Below are positions 30,508-38,588 of a DNA stretch of 64,000 nt, piece after piece. A program made the translations under genes and the position numbers. The notes under the pieces were generated by a model. That model saw only the letters and a list, made by a program, of their open reading frames with translations, did no database searches and was not told where the DNA came from. The stretch is from an uncultured bacterium. GTDB lineage: Bacteria; Hydrothermota; UBA3073; NMUJ01; CBEVQO01. The stretch lies in NCBI GenBank assembly GCA_965552055.1, contig CBEVQO010000002.1:320001-384000 (forward strand), in the 5' to 3' direction. The number at the start of each line of letters is the position of its first letter. The first letter of the stretch is position 1.

Positions 30508-31344
30508 TTATGGCATCCAATGGTTTATTTCCCCAGAATTTATAAATTTTTGTAAAATCTCTATCCTTTTTGCAGAAGGAGGATGATCTGATTTTATCCG
30601 CTCCCACCACGATAGATGCTTTTCATACATCCCCATTTTTGAAAGACAGCTTATAGCATATTCAGGAGGAATACCCGCTTCTTGCATCAGTTTTACTGCA
30701 CATTTATCTGCACTCACTTCTCTATCTCTTTGCCTCTTTTGTCTTATTAAAGGAACTTTATCAAGCCAGCTATATATCTCAAAATGTCCCAAAATCATAT
30801 GAGAAATTTCGTGGCTCATTATAAATATTATTTCATTTAAATCCAAATATTTAAAAGAAGCAGGGGTGATTGCAATCTCGCCTATAAAAGCTGCCCCAAA
30901 CTGCTGCGGCTTTACACATGCATTTATAGCGTAATTCATATACTCCACAGGAGTACAGCCTGCTTGCATTGCTTCTTCTATAATCTCATTTTGATAGTAG
31001 GGACGCACTCTTACAAGATGCCAGTCTATATTTGAATGCTTCATTTTAATTGTTTGTGCCAGAGGCAAATAAAATATTTCATTCGCTATTTTATTTAATG
31101 CAATCAAACGTTTACTCCAGACATCTGACCAGCGCTTTAACTGCAACAGCGCAAGTACGATTATAGCAATATTTACAAATAATTGCCATTTGTGAAAGTA
31201 TTTGAAATTAAAATAAATACCTGTAAGGAGAAGTGCTCCTGTGAGTAATTTTTTAACTTTTGCTGTCACATCATATTCTCTTAATAAACCCACAAGGGTT
31301 AAAATTGCAACAGCACAATAAAGTCCAATCTTAACGGCGTTCAT
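30508..31344 (-). CDS. M48-family membrane zinc metallopeptidase
   Basis: Three N-terminal TM segments; HEISH, E..AD and HPP...RI motifs. Confidence 0.85.
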   Translation of the reverse strand: MNAVKIGLYCAVAILTLVGLLREYDVTAKVKKLLTGALLLTGIYFNFKYFHKWQLFVNIAIIVLALLQLKRWSDVWSKRLIALNKIANEIFYLPLAQTIKMKHSNIDWHLVRVRPYYQNEIIEEAMQAGCTPVEYMNYAINACVKPQQFGAAFIGEIAITPASFKYLDLNEIIFIMSHEISHMILGHFEIYSWLDKVPLIRQKRQRDREVSADKCAVKLMQEAGIPPEYAISCLSKMGMYEKHLSWWERIKSDHPPSAKRIEILQKFINSGEINHWMP

Positions 31345-31582
31345 CCTTTTCCTCCTCTGCTTCTTTTTCTAATTGTTCTGCTATTGTGCGCAGGGCTTCT
31401 GCTCCTGCTTTTAAGCCTGCTTTCTTCCAGAAGTCCGCTTTTTGGTAGCGTGATTTGCCATCCTTATCTTCCTGTGTGCCTTCTTCCATAAAATCTTTTA
31501 CAAACCTTGCCATCACCCTGCCTGCGAATTCCTCCCAGAATTCCTGCCTCTTCCAGAAAGGTACTTTTTCCTTTTCACCCAT
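31331..31582 (-). CDS. hypothetical protein, copy C of the 80-aa family (83 aa)
   Basis: Same sequence with SK>GR and an altered C-terminus; ATG31582 after an RBS. Confidence 0.8.
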   Translation of the reverse strand: MGEKEKVPFWKRQEFWEEFAGRVMARFVKDFMEEGTQEDKDGKSRYQKADFWKKAGLKAGAEALRTIAEQLEKEAEEEKDERR

Positions 31583-31596
31583 ATCCCCCTCTTTCA

Positions 31597-32034
31597 TTAT
31601 CTTATACGATGAGATGGAAATTTTATGACAAAGAAATTTAAAATTTTTTCATCCTGCACTACCCAGACCCATAAATCTTCCTTAAACTCAACCTCCCCAT
31701 AATTGGATATTTCTTTTCTTTTGCCATTTTCCACAATTATTTTTATATTTTCCTTTTCCGGTGCTCCTATTCGCAAATAATATTTACCACGCTTCTTTCT
31801 AATCGCAAACTCCATCAAACAACCATCAATTTTGCGTTTAAATACCTTTTCCTCTTTGAGAAAAAAACGCAAAAGTGAATCGGAAATCAAAAAATAGAGA
31901 TTAGGTGCCCTGCAAAAATTAATTTTAGAAATCTCATAAGGTATATCTAACTTTACTTTCTTTAATCTCCTTTTCAAAATCTCAAATCGCTTTTTCTCCA
32001 CTTCTTCAATCATTCCATCGTTTTTTCTTGACAT
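31597..32034 (-). CDS. hypothetical protein
   Basis: Coupled ORF; N-terminal KRFEILK shared with 34876-35307; start may be ATG32013. Confidence 0.65.
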   Translation of the reverse strand: MSRKNDGMIEEVEKKRFEILKRRLKKVKLDIPYEISKINFCRAPNLYFLISDSLLRFFLKEEKVFKRKIDGCLMEFAIRKKRGKYYLRIGAPEKENIKIIVENGKRKEISNYGEVEFKEDLWVWVVQDEKILNFFVIKFPSHRIR

Positions 32035-32308
32035 ACTCGTAAATTGTTTTACCTAAATCATAAGCCGTCCAAGCTGCGAAGATTATTTGACCAGCTATAG
32101 GGATTGCAGTGGCTATTGAACCTTTGACTCCAATTTTGGTAAGAGTAATCGCCGTAGCTCTCAATAAACCTCCCCCTAAACTCTTTTTTATCTGATATCC
32201 TCCGAGACGAATTACAGGTTGTGCTAAATACCGACTTACTTTTATAGCGGTTCCAACATTATATGCTGTCTTCACGGTTTTGTTTATTAATTTATTTAAG
32301 TTATTCAT
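32006..32308 (-). CDS. small Gly/Ala-rich putative membrane-interacting protein
   Basis: GAGGGAG RBS; ATAIPIAGQIIFAAWTAYDLGK hydrophobic hairpin. Confidence 0.7.
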   Translation of the reverse strand: MNNLNKLINKTVKTAYNVGTAIKVSRYLAQPVIRLGGYQIKKSLGGGLLRATAITLTKIGVKGSIATAIPIAGQIIFAAWTAYDLGKTIYEYVKKKRWND

Positions 32309-32327
32309 AACTCCCTCTTTATTTTCT

Positions 32328-32355
32328 TATACGAATAAATTTTGATTTTGTGACA
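32328..32355 (-). promoter_or_regulatory. ECF-sigma-type promoter TGTCAC-N16-CGTATA
   Basis: Minus strand TGTCAC(32355-32350) aaaatcaaaatttatt CGTATA(32333-32328), 19 nt before ATG32308. Confidence 0.6.
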
Positions 32356-32404
32356 GAGAATTTTTATTTCTTGACTTTTTAAAAAAGTATTTAAATTATA
32401 ATGG

Positions 32405-32602
32405 ATGAAGGTAATTTATGACCCTGAAACGGATACATTAAATATTATTTTGCGTGAAAGCGAGATAATAGAAAGCGACGAAATACAGGGTGGTATAATC
32501 GTGGACTATGACAAAGATGGCAGAATCGTTTCTATCGAAATACTTGATGCATCCGAATATGTCGATAAACCCGAATCTATAATTTACGAATTAAAAAGGT
32601 AA
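32405..32602 (+). CDS. DUF2283 family protein
   Basis: YDPETDTLNI...IIVDYDKDGRIVSIEILDAS. Confidence 0.9.
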   Translation: MKVIYDPETDTLNIILRESEIIESDEIQGGIIVDYDKDGRIVSIEILDASEYVDKPESIIYELKR

Positions 32603-32603
32603 G

Positions 32604-34901
32604 TTATCTACCGTGATAAATGTAGGGTGCCCAGTATAGTGGATGCTTGAATTTCTCTCTTAATTTCAGCATAGCGCATCTGACCGCACCGCACACACCC
32701 CTATCCATATTCTCATAAAAATATTTTACAAAATCAAAAGAGGAAATCTGTGGAATTTTCCATAATGCCCCGAGCATAGAGTTCGCACCTGCACATAAAA
32801 GACCATACAAAAAGCCCGTTAAACGCTCCTGATAAAGATGGGGAACACCACTCTCACATGCATCCAAAAACACAAAAGATGAAAAAGGCAAAGAAATAAT
32901 ATCTGAAACACTCAAAACAAAATCTTCACTTATTATCAGCTTCGAATTAAAGGGATTTTCTCTGTCAAATTCACCATGAACCGAAAAATGAATTATATCC
33001 CAGCCTTCTTCCAACATGGACTTTAACTCCAAAACACTTTTGCCTTCAAATACTTTAACTTTACTAAATTTATTCGCACTCATTACAACTTTTCTTTCTA
33101 TGTCAAACTCAGGATTTAAAATTATTAATATAGAACATGGCTCTTTAACTTCTTTAAATTCAAGAAATACATCTTCACTATAGGCAAATGAAATCTCAAA
33201 ATCATCGATCAAATATCTATCCCGCTTCAAAATATGAAAAGGTAAAAGATGCAAAATCTTATGAGGAATTATTATGATTTTCTTTTTACCCTTAACATAA
33301 TCCCACACAGGATTTATCACTTCATACCATAAATCCATCAAACTCCTATCAATTTCACTTTCATTTAAAATTAGAGATATTAAATGGGTAACCTCTGAAA
33401 ATAAATCTATATTTAAACTTTTAACCTTTACATCGAAATTTTCCCTATCGATGCAGAAAATAGCAAGTTTATCTTTTGATAAATAGTATCGTAATAAAAC
33501 TTCGTCTTTTAAATTTTTCTGTAATTCCTTTAATTTTGGGATGTGTGCCTCTATCAATCGCTTTATGCCGGATTTACGCACCCAAACAGCTACCCTCGCA
33601 CCACACGCACGGGAACAAAAAGAAAACGCTACCCTTTTATTGTAATTCAACAAATTAAAAACAGCATAATCATACAAAGATTCTATAAAAACAGGATACT
33701 TAAATCCATAAAGATGAGAATTTTCTTCATAAAGATTTATCGCCTTATTGAAATATTTTTGGGCTTTCCTGTAATCACAAAGAAAATGATAAAATTTACC
33801 ATGTATTAAATTGAATTCCAGAATATCTCTTATATTCCACATCTTTAATTTTTTAAGTTTTGAAAGAATATTTTTAGCCTTATTAAATTTGCCCTCTTCT
33901 ATATAGAAATCAGCAAGATGAAGCATTGCAGGGATATATTCTTCAATATCCTTTGATTTCTCAAAGAGCTTTATTGCCTTCTTTAAATTTTCTTCTTTAT
34001 TCTCAATCTGCGATAATAATCTGTAAAATTTGCCTTCAAGTTTATATAATTTTTTGTCCCTTAAAATTTTCAGTCCTTTCTTTATTTTTTCTTTTGCTTC
34101 TTTAATCCTGCCTTCTTCTATGTATATGTCTGCGAGTCCTGCCAGTGCATGAATTTTTGGTAATAAAATTTTCTTTGATTTTATAAGAATTTGCTTTAAA
34201 AATTTTTCTGCTTCTTTTGTATCACCATAAAGTATGTGCCAGTCAGCCAGATTCGTAAGATAAAAGCAAATCGCTTCAACATCCCGTTTCTTTTCAGCAA
34301 GTTCAAATGATTTATTCCACAAATTATATGCATCGGTAAGATTGCCAGAATAAAACTCACATAAACCAATATTTAAATAACATCTTATCAAGCCCTCAAC
34401 ATCCTCTGTTTTTTCAACTATTTTCAAAGTATTTTCAAAATCTTTCTTTGATTTCTCAAACTCACCGAGATAAAGATAAATGGTACCCCTGTTAAAATAG
34501 CAAGCAGGTAAAAGGTCTAATTTATCTTCCTCTGGTAAATCACCGCAAACTTTAATTGCTCTATTCAAAACTTTTATACCTTCCTGATAATTTGAAGTCC
34601 TTGTTAAAAATATGCTCATATTGAGCAATGTTAATGCTATATTATAGGCATCTTCCTGATTTTCTGCAAGCGACAGCGCCTTTTTGCCATATAAAAGTGC
34701 TTTCATGTTATCACCCATGGTGTTATAGGTCAATGCTTTATAAAGATAATATTTGAAGCGTGCATCATCATCCGCATACTTTATCTTCCATCTCAGTTTT
34801 TCAAAAATTTCCAGAGATTTATCCGCTTCCCCTTCAATATTATACTTTTTTATCTTCTCAAGGGCTTCCTTTATTTCATTCGATTTTAATTTTGAATTCA
34901 T
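32604..34901 (-). CDS. TPR-repeat + CHAT (caspase-like) protease
   Basis: Multiple TPRs; IIIPHKILHLLPF, HFSVHG (catalytic His), LDACESG (catalytic Cys), ALWKI, HPLYWAPY. Confidence 0.92.
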   Translation of the reverse strand: MNSKLKSNEIKEALEKIKKYNIEGEADKSLEIFEKLRWKIKYADDDARFKYYLYKALTYNTMGDNMKALLYGKKALSLAENQEDAYNIALTLLNMSIFLTRTSNYQEGIKVLNRAIKVCGDLPEEDKLDLLPACYFNRGTIYLYLGEFEKSKKDFENTLKIVEKTEDVEGLIRCYLNIGLCEFYSGNLTDAYNLWNKSFELAEKKRDVEAICFYLTNLADWHILYGDTKEAEKFLKQILIKSKKILLPKIHALAGLADIYIEEGRIKEAKEKIKKGLKILRDKKLYKLEGKFYRLLSQIENKEENLKKAIKLFEKSKDIEEYIPAMLHLADFYIEEGKFNKAKNILSKLKKLKMWNIRDILEFNLIHGKFYHFLCDYRKAQKYFNKAINLYEENSHLYGFKYPVFIESLYDYAVFNLLNYNKRVAFSFCSRACGARVAVWVRKSGIKRLIEAHIPKLKELQKNLKDEVLLRYYLSKDKLAIFCIDRENFDVKVKSLNIDLFSEVTHLISLILNESEIDRSLMDLWYEVINPVWDYVKGKKKIIIIPHKILHLLPFHILKRDRYLIDDFEISFAYSEDVFLEFKEVKEPCSILIILNPEFDIERKVVMSANKFSKVKVFEGKSVLELKSMLEEGWDIIHFSVHGEFDRENPFNSKLIISEDFVLSVSDIISLPFSSFVFLDACESGVPHLYQERLTGFLYGLLCAGANSMLGALWKIPQISSFDFVKYFYENMDRGVCGAVRCAMLKLREKFKHPLYWAPYIYHGR

Positions 34902-35307
34902 CTATTTCCTCTTTATTGATGATTTTAACTTTGTATATTCCTTTTTGCAGTGCGGTAAAAGTGACTCTTCCCGATTTTGATGTTTCCTTCTCGATTTTTT
35001 CTTTTTTGCTCTCAAATATCACATTTATCCCTTCAACTCCCTTTCCTTCCTTTTCTACGGCGATCTCAACATTTATCCCTTTTTCTCCATGAATTGCCCT
35101 GCATATTATTGAATAACCTTTTTTCTCACGGACGATTTCGAACTCAGGCTTTATTTCTATCTCCTGACCTTTCACTTTTATTTTCTTAACACCTTTTTTA
35201 AGAACATCTGACAAAATTAAAATTTCTTTCTCTGCCTTTTTCTTCAAAATTTCAAATCTTTTTAATTCCTTTAAAAATTCAAAATCGTTATATTCTTTGT
35301 CTCCCAT
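34876..35307 (-). CDS. hypothetical protein with C-terminal beta-sandwich (carboxypeptidase-regulatory-like); candidate anti-sigma factor
   Basis: TSKSGRVTFTALQKGIYKVKI; overlaps both the sigma and CHAT genes. Confidence 0.6.
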   Translation of the reverse strand: MGDKEYNDFEFLKELKRFEILKKKAEKEILILSDVLKKGVKKIKVKGQEIEIKPEFEIVREKKGYSIICRAIHGEKGINVEIAVEKEGKGVEGINVIFESKKEKIEKETSKSGRVTFTALQKGIYKVKIINKEEIDEFKIKIE

Positions 35308-35998
35308 ATAACCTTTCCTCTATCCTTTTGCGTAAGCGACTGCGAATCCTCGAATACCTCTGATTCAATGTATTCAAAGGAATATTCAATGCCCTTGCTA
35401 ATTTTTTTCTATCAACCTTAGGCACATCAGCAATTATTTCAATCAGTTTTCCTTTATCATAACTTTTAGAAACTTCTTCCAAATCTTCTTTATTTATAAA
35501 TTCTGTTGCATTTGAGCATGCCAGAAATATAAATCTATCCAGTGGTGAAAGTTCTTCTATTGCTTCCAGTATTGCCCTTTTCATTTCCTCTTTTTCAATA
35601 TCTTTTTGAATGTCTCCCGGGTCGGGTATCAACTCTTCTTCTATTTCTTTAAATTGCCTTTCTTCTATTTTCTTCTGCAAATTGCATCTTTTAAAATCGC
35701 ACCATAAGGAAAGAAGTACCATTTCACAATAAGTTTTTATATCACTTTTATTTTCGTCAAATCCTTTGAATTTTTTATTAAGATGATCCGCACAATAAAT
35801 ATAAAAGTTTTGTCCAATATCCTCGATTTCATCCATAGTAAAGTAAATTTTCAAATGTGGTATCTGATAATAGAAAAAGTTCTGCATTATCAGCTTATAG
35901 GACAACTTTGAGGATATGAATTCCTGATAGGCATCATCGTCTCCATTTTTAATGCGCTTCACAAGAGAAAGGAGCTCATACCACTTTTCCTTTCTCAT
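35288..35998 (-). CDS. ECF-like RNA polymerase sigma factor
   Basis: LVKRIKNGDDDAYQEF and DEIEDIGQN (region 2); AIEELSPLDR...KLARALNIPLNTLNQRYSRIRSRLRK (region 4 HTH with insertion). Confidence 0.82.
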   Translation of the reverse strand: MRKEKWYELLSLVKRIKNGDDDAYQEFISSKLSYKLIMQNFFYYQIPHLKIYFTMDEIEDIGQNFYIYCADHLNKKFKGFDENKSDIKTYCEMVLLSLWCDFKRCNLQKKIEERQFKEIEEELIPDPGDIQKDIEKEEMKRAILEAIEELSPLDRFIFLACSNATEFINKEDLEEVSKSYDKGKLIEIIADVPKVDRKKLARALNIPLNTLNQRYSRIRSRLRKRIEERLYGRQRI

Positions 35999-36004
35999 CA
36001 AAAT

Positions 36005-36030
36005 ATTTTAAATGAGTTATAGCATGTCAA
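36005..36030 (-). promoter_or_regulatory. leaderless sigma70-type promoter of the sigma-CHAT operon (TTGACA-N14-TAAAAT)
   Basis: Read directly; ATG35998 lies 6 nt after the -10 box. Confidence 0.6.
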
Positions 36031-36054
36031 CAAAAAATTTTGCGATTATCTTGA

Positions 36055-36651
36055 TTAAGGCAATTTTTCTTTTATTATTTTAACTTTAACTTTGTATCCC
36101 GTCAATTGCTCAAATATTTTAAAGAAATTTTTCGCTTGATTTATTGACTTATCGTATAAATCGGTATTGTAAAGCAAAGAATCGACAACATTTTTTATAG
36201 CCTCGCGTGCATATAAAAATTGCTCCCTTCTCGTTAATAATTTTTCTGCCTTAAAACCAAATTTGGGCTCTCTTATCTCAATCGGCTTATAATCGGTAAT
36301 ATCAACCGAGATAACTTCGGGCTCCGGTAAACTTATTTCTATTTGTCTTAAGATATCATTTATTTTGATTTCTGTCCTATCAGCATCAAATCCCACTATT
36401 ACATGTGCACGAACTAACGCAATTACATCAAAATGATAGGTGAATAATCCTGATTTTTTCTCTTTCCTATATTCAATATCCTGTGAGATAAAAATATCTT
36501 GTGTTGCAAGCTTTAAAATGTCCTTTACATGTTCAACCGTTATAACTGCTTCTTTTTCCAGCTTCTCCCTTTGTAAAAATCCTGCCCTATACAAAATATA
36601 AACTATAAAAGCAATTACACAAAGTATTAAAAAAGTTTTTAAGAACCTCAT
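36055..36651 (-). CDS. DUF4230 family protein
   Basis: N-terminal TM; KLAT, VIVGFD, IEISLPEPEVISV. Confidence 0.8.
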   Translation of the reverse strand: MRFLKTFLILCVIAFIVYILYRAGFLQREKLEKEAVITVEHVKDILKLATQDIFISQDIEYRKEKKSGLFTYHFDVIALVRAHVIVGFDADRTEIKINDILRQIEISLPEPEVISVDITDYKPIEIREPKFGFKAEKLLTRREQFLYAREAIKNVVDSLLYNTDLYDKSINQAKNFFKIFEQLTGYKVKVKIIKEKLP

Positions 36652-36656
36652 CTTAA

Positions 36657-36712
36657 ATTTTACTCAAAAAATAGAATTGTCAATCTTGACATAGAAATTA
36701 TAAAGTTAAAAT
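36657..36712. promoter_or_regulatory. divergent pair of TTGACA-N15-TAAAAT leaderless promoters
   Basis: Minus 36683-36657 and plus 36686-36712; each -10 box is 5 nt before an ATG. Confidence 0.7.
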
Positions 36713-36717
36713 TTAAT

Positions 36718-37404
36718 ATGAAACTGCCATCGGGCAGACCACAAATTGTGAAAATTGAAGATAAAAAATTTTTAAGAATTGCAATAAAAACACATGTATT
36801 GACGGATAAAGATGATATGCTTAAAGTTATCAAAAAATATACAAAAGGCATCTTAAAGAGGGGAGATATAATTTGTGTGAGTGAAAGTCCTCTTGCGATA
36901 ACCCAGGGAAGAGCCATTCCCGAAGATAAAATAAAAGTTTCTTTACCCGCGAGAATTTTGTGGAGATTTGTTCGCAAAGTGCCGTATGGCATTGGATTAC
37001 GCAGTCCACAAAGCATGCAGGTGGCTATCAATGAAGCTGGCTTACTGCGGATATTAATTGCTTCAATTTTCTCGGCATTAACAAAGCCCTTTGGAATAAG
37101 AGGAGTATTTTATAAAGTGGCGGGCAAACAGGTAGCGATGATAGATGCAGCACACACAACACCTGTAAAGCCCTATGATAAATGCGTTATAAAAGGACCA
37201 AAAGAGCCAGAAAAATTTGTTTACAGGGTGAAAAAAGAATTGGGCAATCCCTGTGCCGTTGTCGATGTAAATGATATAGCAGGTGCATGGATTGTAGCAC
37301 ATACGAAAGACATAAATTCAAATTTGCTCAAAAAAATACTGGATGATAATCCAATGGGACAGGGAAAAGAACTGACCCCCATCTGTCTTGTAAGAGAAAT
37401 CTAA
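36718..37404 (+). CDS. coenzyme F420:L-glutamate ligase (CofE)-like protein
   Basis: IAIKTH, DIICVSES..AITQGR, VVDVND, DNPMGQ..ELTP. Confidence 0.75.
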   Translation: MKLPSGRPQIVKIEDKKFLRIAIKTHVLTDKDDMLKVIKKYTKGILKRGDIICVSESPLAITQGRAIPEDKIKVSLPARILWRFVRKVPYGIGLRSPQSMQVAINEAGLLRILIASIFSALTKPFGIRGVFYKVAGKQVAMIDAAHTTPVKPYDKCVIKGPKEPEKFVYRVKKELGNPCAVVDVNDIAGAWIVAHTKDINSNLLKKILDDNPMGQGKELTPICLVREI

Positions 37405-37487
37405 AAATCGTCATCAATGTTAAAGTTTCTTTGTCAATAAAAATTCGGTACTTTGATTACTGCGATTTTGAACTTATTAAAATAATT

Positions 37488-38588
37488 TCAAAGATATCTT
37501 TTTATTATTCTTAAAACATCTTCTTTTCTTATTTCTTTCGGGTCGTTTCTTTTTGAATATTCTTCAAGCAAAATTTTTATTTCTTTTTCTGTTAAACCAA
37601 ATTGCGAAAATCTCCATCTTACACCTGATATTTTTATAAATTCCTCTGCAAAATTATTTTTCCCGAATATTTTTATAATGTGCTTCATTTTTTCTTCATC
37701 TTTTTCAAATTCCACATATCCCGGCAAAAGCAAAGCATTTGCAACACCATGTGGTATTTCAATCAGACCTCCCATTATGCCCGATAAACTGTGAATAAGA
37801 CACAAGCCAGCGTTCAAAAAAGCCACCCCTGCACACATACTACCAAGCAATAGTTTGCCCCAGCAATTTACATCACCTTTACCTGTCAATACTTTGGCAA
37901 AACTATCTGAAAATAGTTCAAAGCATTTCTCAGCATAAGCATCGCTTAAAGGCGAAGCTTTCACGGATAAATAAGCCTCTACAGCATGACAGAGAGCATC
38001 CATACCCGCTGAAAGCGCGACATCAACAGGACAGTGAATCAAAAAATCTGGGTCAAGAATTGCATATTTTGCAAATAAAAAATCACTCCTTATGCTCCTT
38101 TTCCTCTTTGTCTCTGGATTTTTCAAAACACTGTTATTGGTAACCTCAGAGCCCGTTCCCGCAGTCGTTGGAACCGCAATAAAAGGTACACCTTCCTTCT
38201 CAACTTTTCTAAATCCATCTTTTTCAAGATAATCACTTGATTTGCCATCGGCATACATCAATCCAGCAACTGCTTTCGCAGTATCAAGCACACTACCTCC
38301 TCCTATACCGCAAATAACATCCGGCTCAAATTCCCTGCATTTCGATAGATAAAAATCAACATCAAAGGGTGCTGGCTCAGCAGGCACACCGGCAAATATT
38401 TTATAAACAACATTTCCCGATTTTAAAATCTTTTCAATCTCTCCAAGATAACCTTTTTCTTTCAAAAACTTTCTGCCACAGATAATGGCAACTTTGTTTC
38501 CGAATTCCCTTATAATATCCGGTAAAACCCTTATTTTGCCTGCACCGAAGATTATCCTCGTAGGAGCACGAAATATAAATTCATTCAT
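37488..38588 (-). CDS. iron-containing alcohol dehydrogenase
   Basis: GGGSVLD, PTTAGTGSEVT, DALCHAVE, HGVAN. Confidence 0.92.
   Translation of the reverse strand: MNEFIFRAPTRIIFGAGKIRVLPDIIREFGNKVAIICGRKFLKEKGYLGEIEKILKSGNVVYKIFAGVPAEPAPFDVDFYLSKCREFEPDVICGIGGGSVLDTAKAVAGLMYADGKSSDYLEKDGFRKVEKEGVPFIAVPTTAGTGSEVTNNSVLKNPETKRKRSIRSDFLFAKYAILDPDFLIHCPVDVALSAGMDALCHAVEAYLSVKASPLSDAYAEKCFELFSDSFAKVLTGKGDVNCWGKLLLGSMCAGVAFLNAGLCLIHSLSGIMGGLIEIPHGVANALLLPGYVEFEKDEEKMKHIIKIFGKNNFAEEFIKISGVRWRFSQFGLTEKEIKILLEEYSKRNDPKEIRKEDVLRIIKRYL

Larger units (their letters stand above)
29407..31590. repeat. three dispersed ~250-bp direct repeats (about 29407-29665, 30246-30504, 31355-31590)
   Basis: Copies A and B are near-identical at an 839-nt offset; copy C differs at a few codons and at the 3' end. 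Confidence 0.92.

Noticed and set aside
29407..31590. The ~250-bp repeats as IS/MITE copies
   Set aside because: No terminal inverted repeats or target duplications were seen; the repeat coincides with an RBS plus ORF.
32405..32602. DUF2283 as part of a toxin-antitoxin pair or of the CHAT system
   Set aside because: It is on the opposite strand with its own promoter and no adjacent partner toxin; no evidence of a functional link.
32604..35998. Type III-E CRISPR (Craspase) locus
   Set aside because: No Cas7-11, other cas genes or array in the window; only the protease-sigma logic is analogous.
17876..36030. Prophage, ICE or integron explanation for the accessory locus
   Set aside because: No integrase, transposase, phage structural gene, flanking tRNA or attC-like palindromes were recognised.
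37405..37487. TTGACA on the minus strand near 37432-37437 as a promoter
   Set aside because: No TAnnnT at the N15 position, and it would only read antisense into the cofE-like gene.
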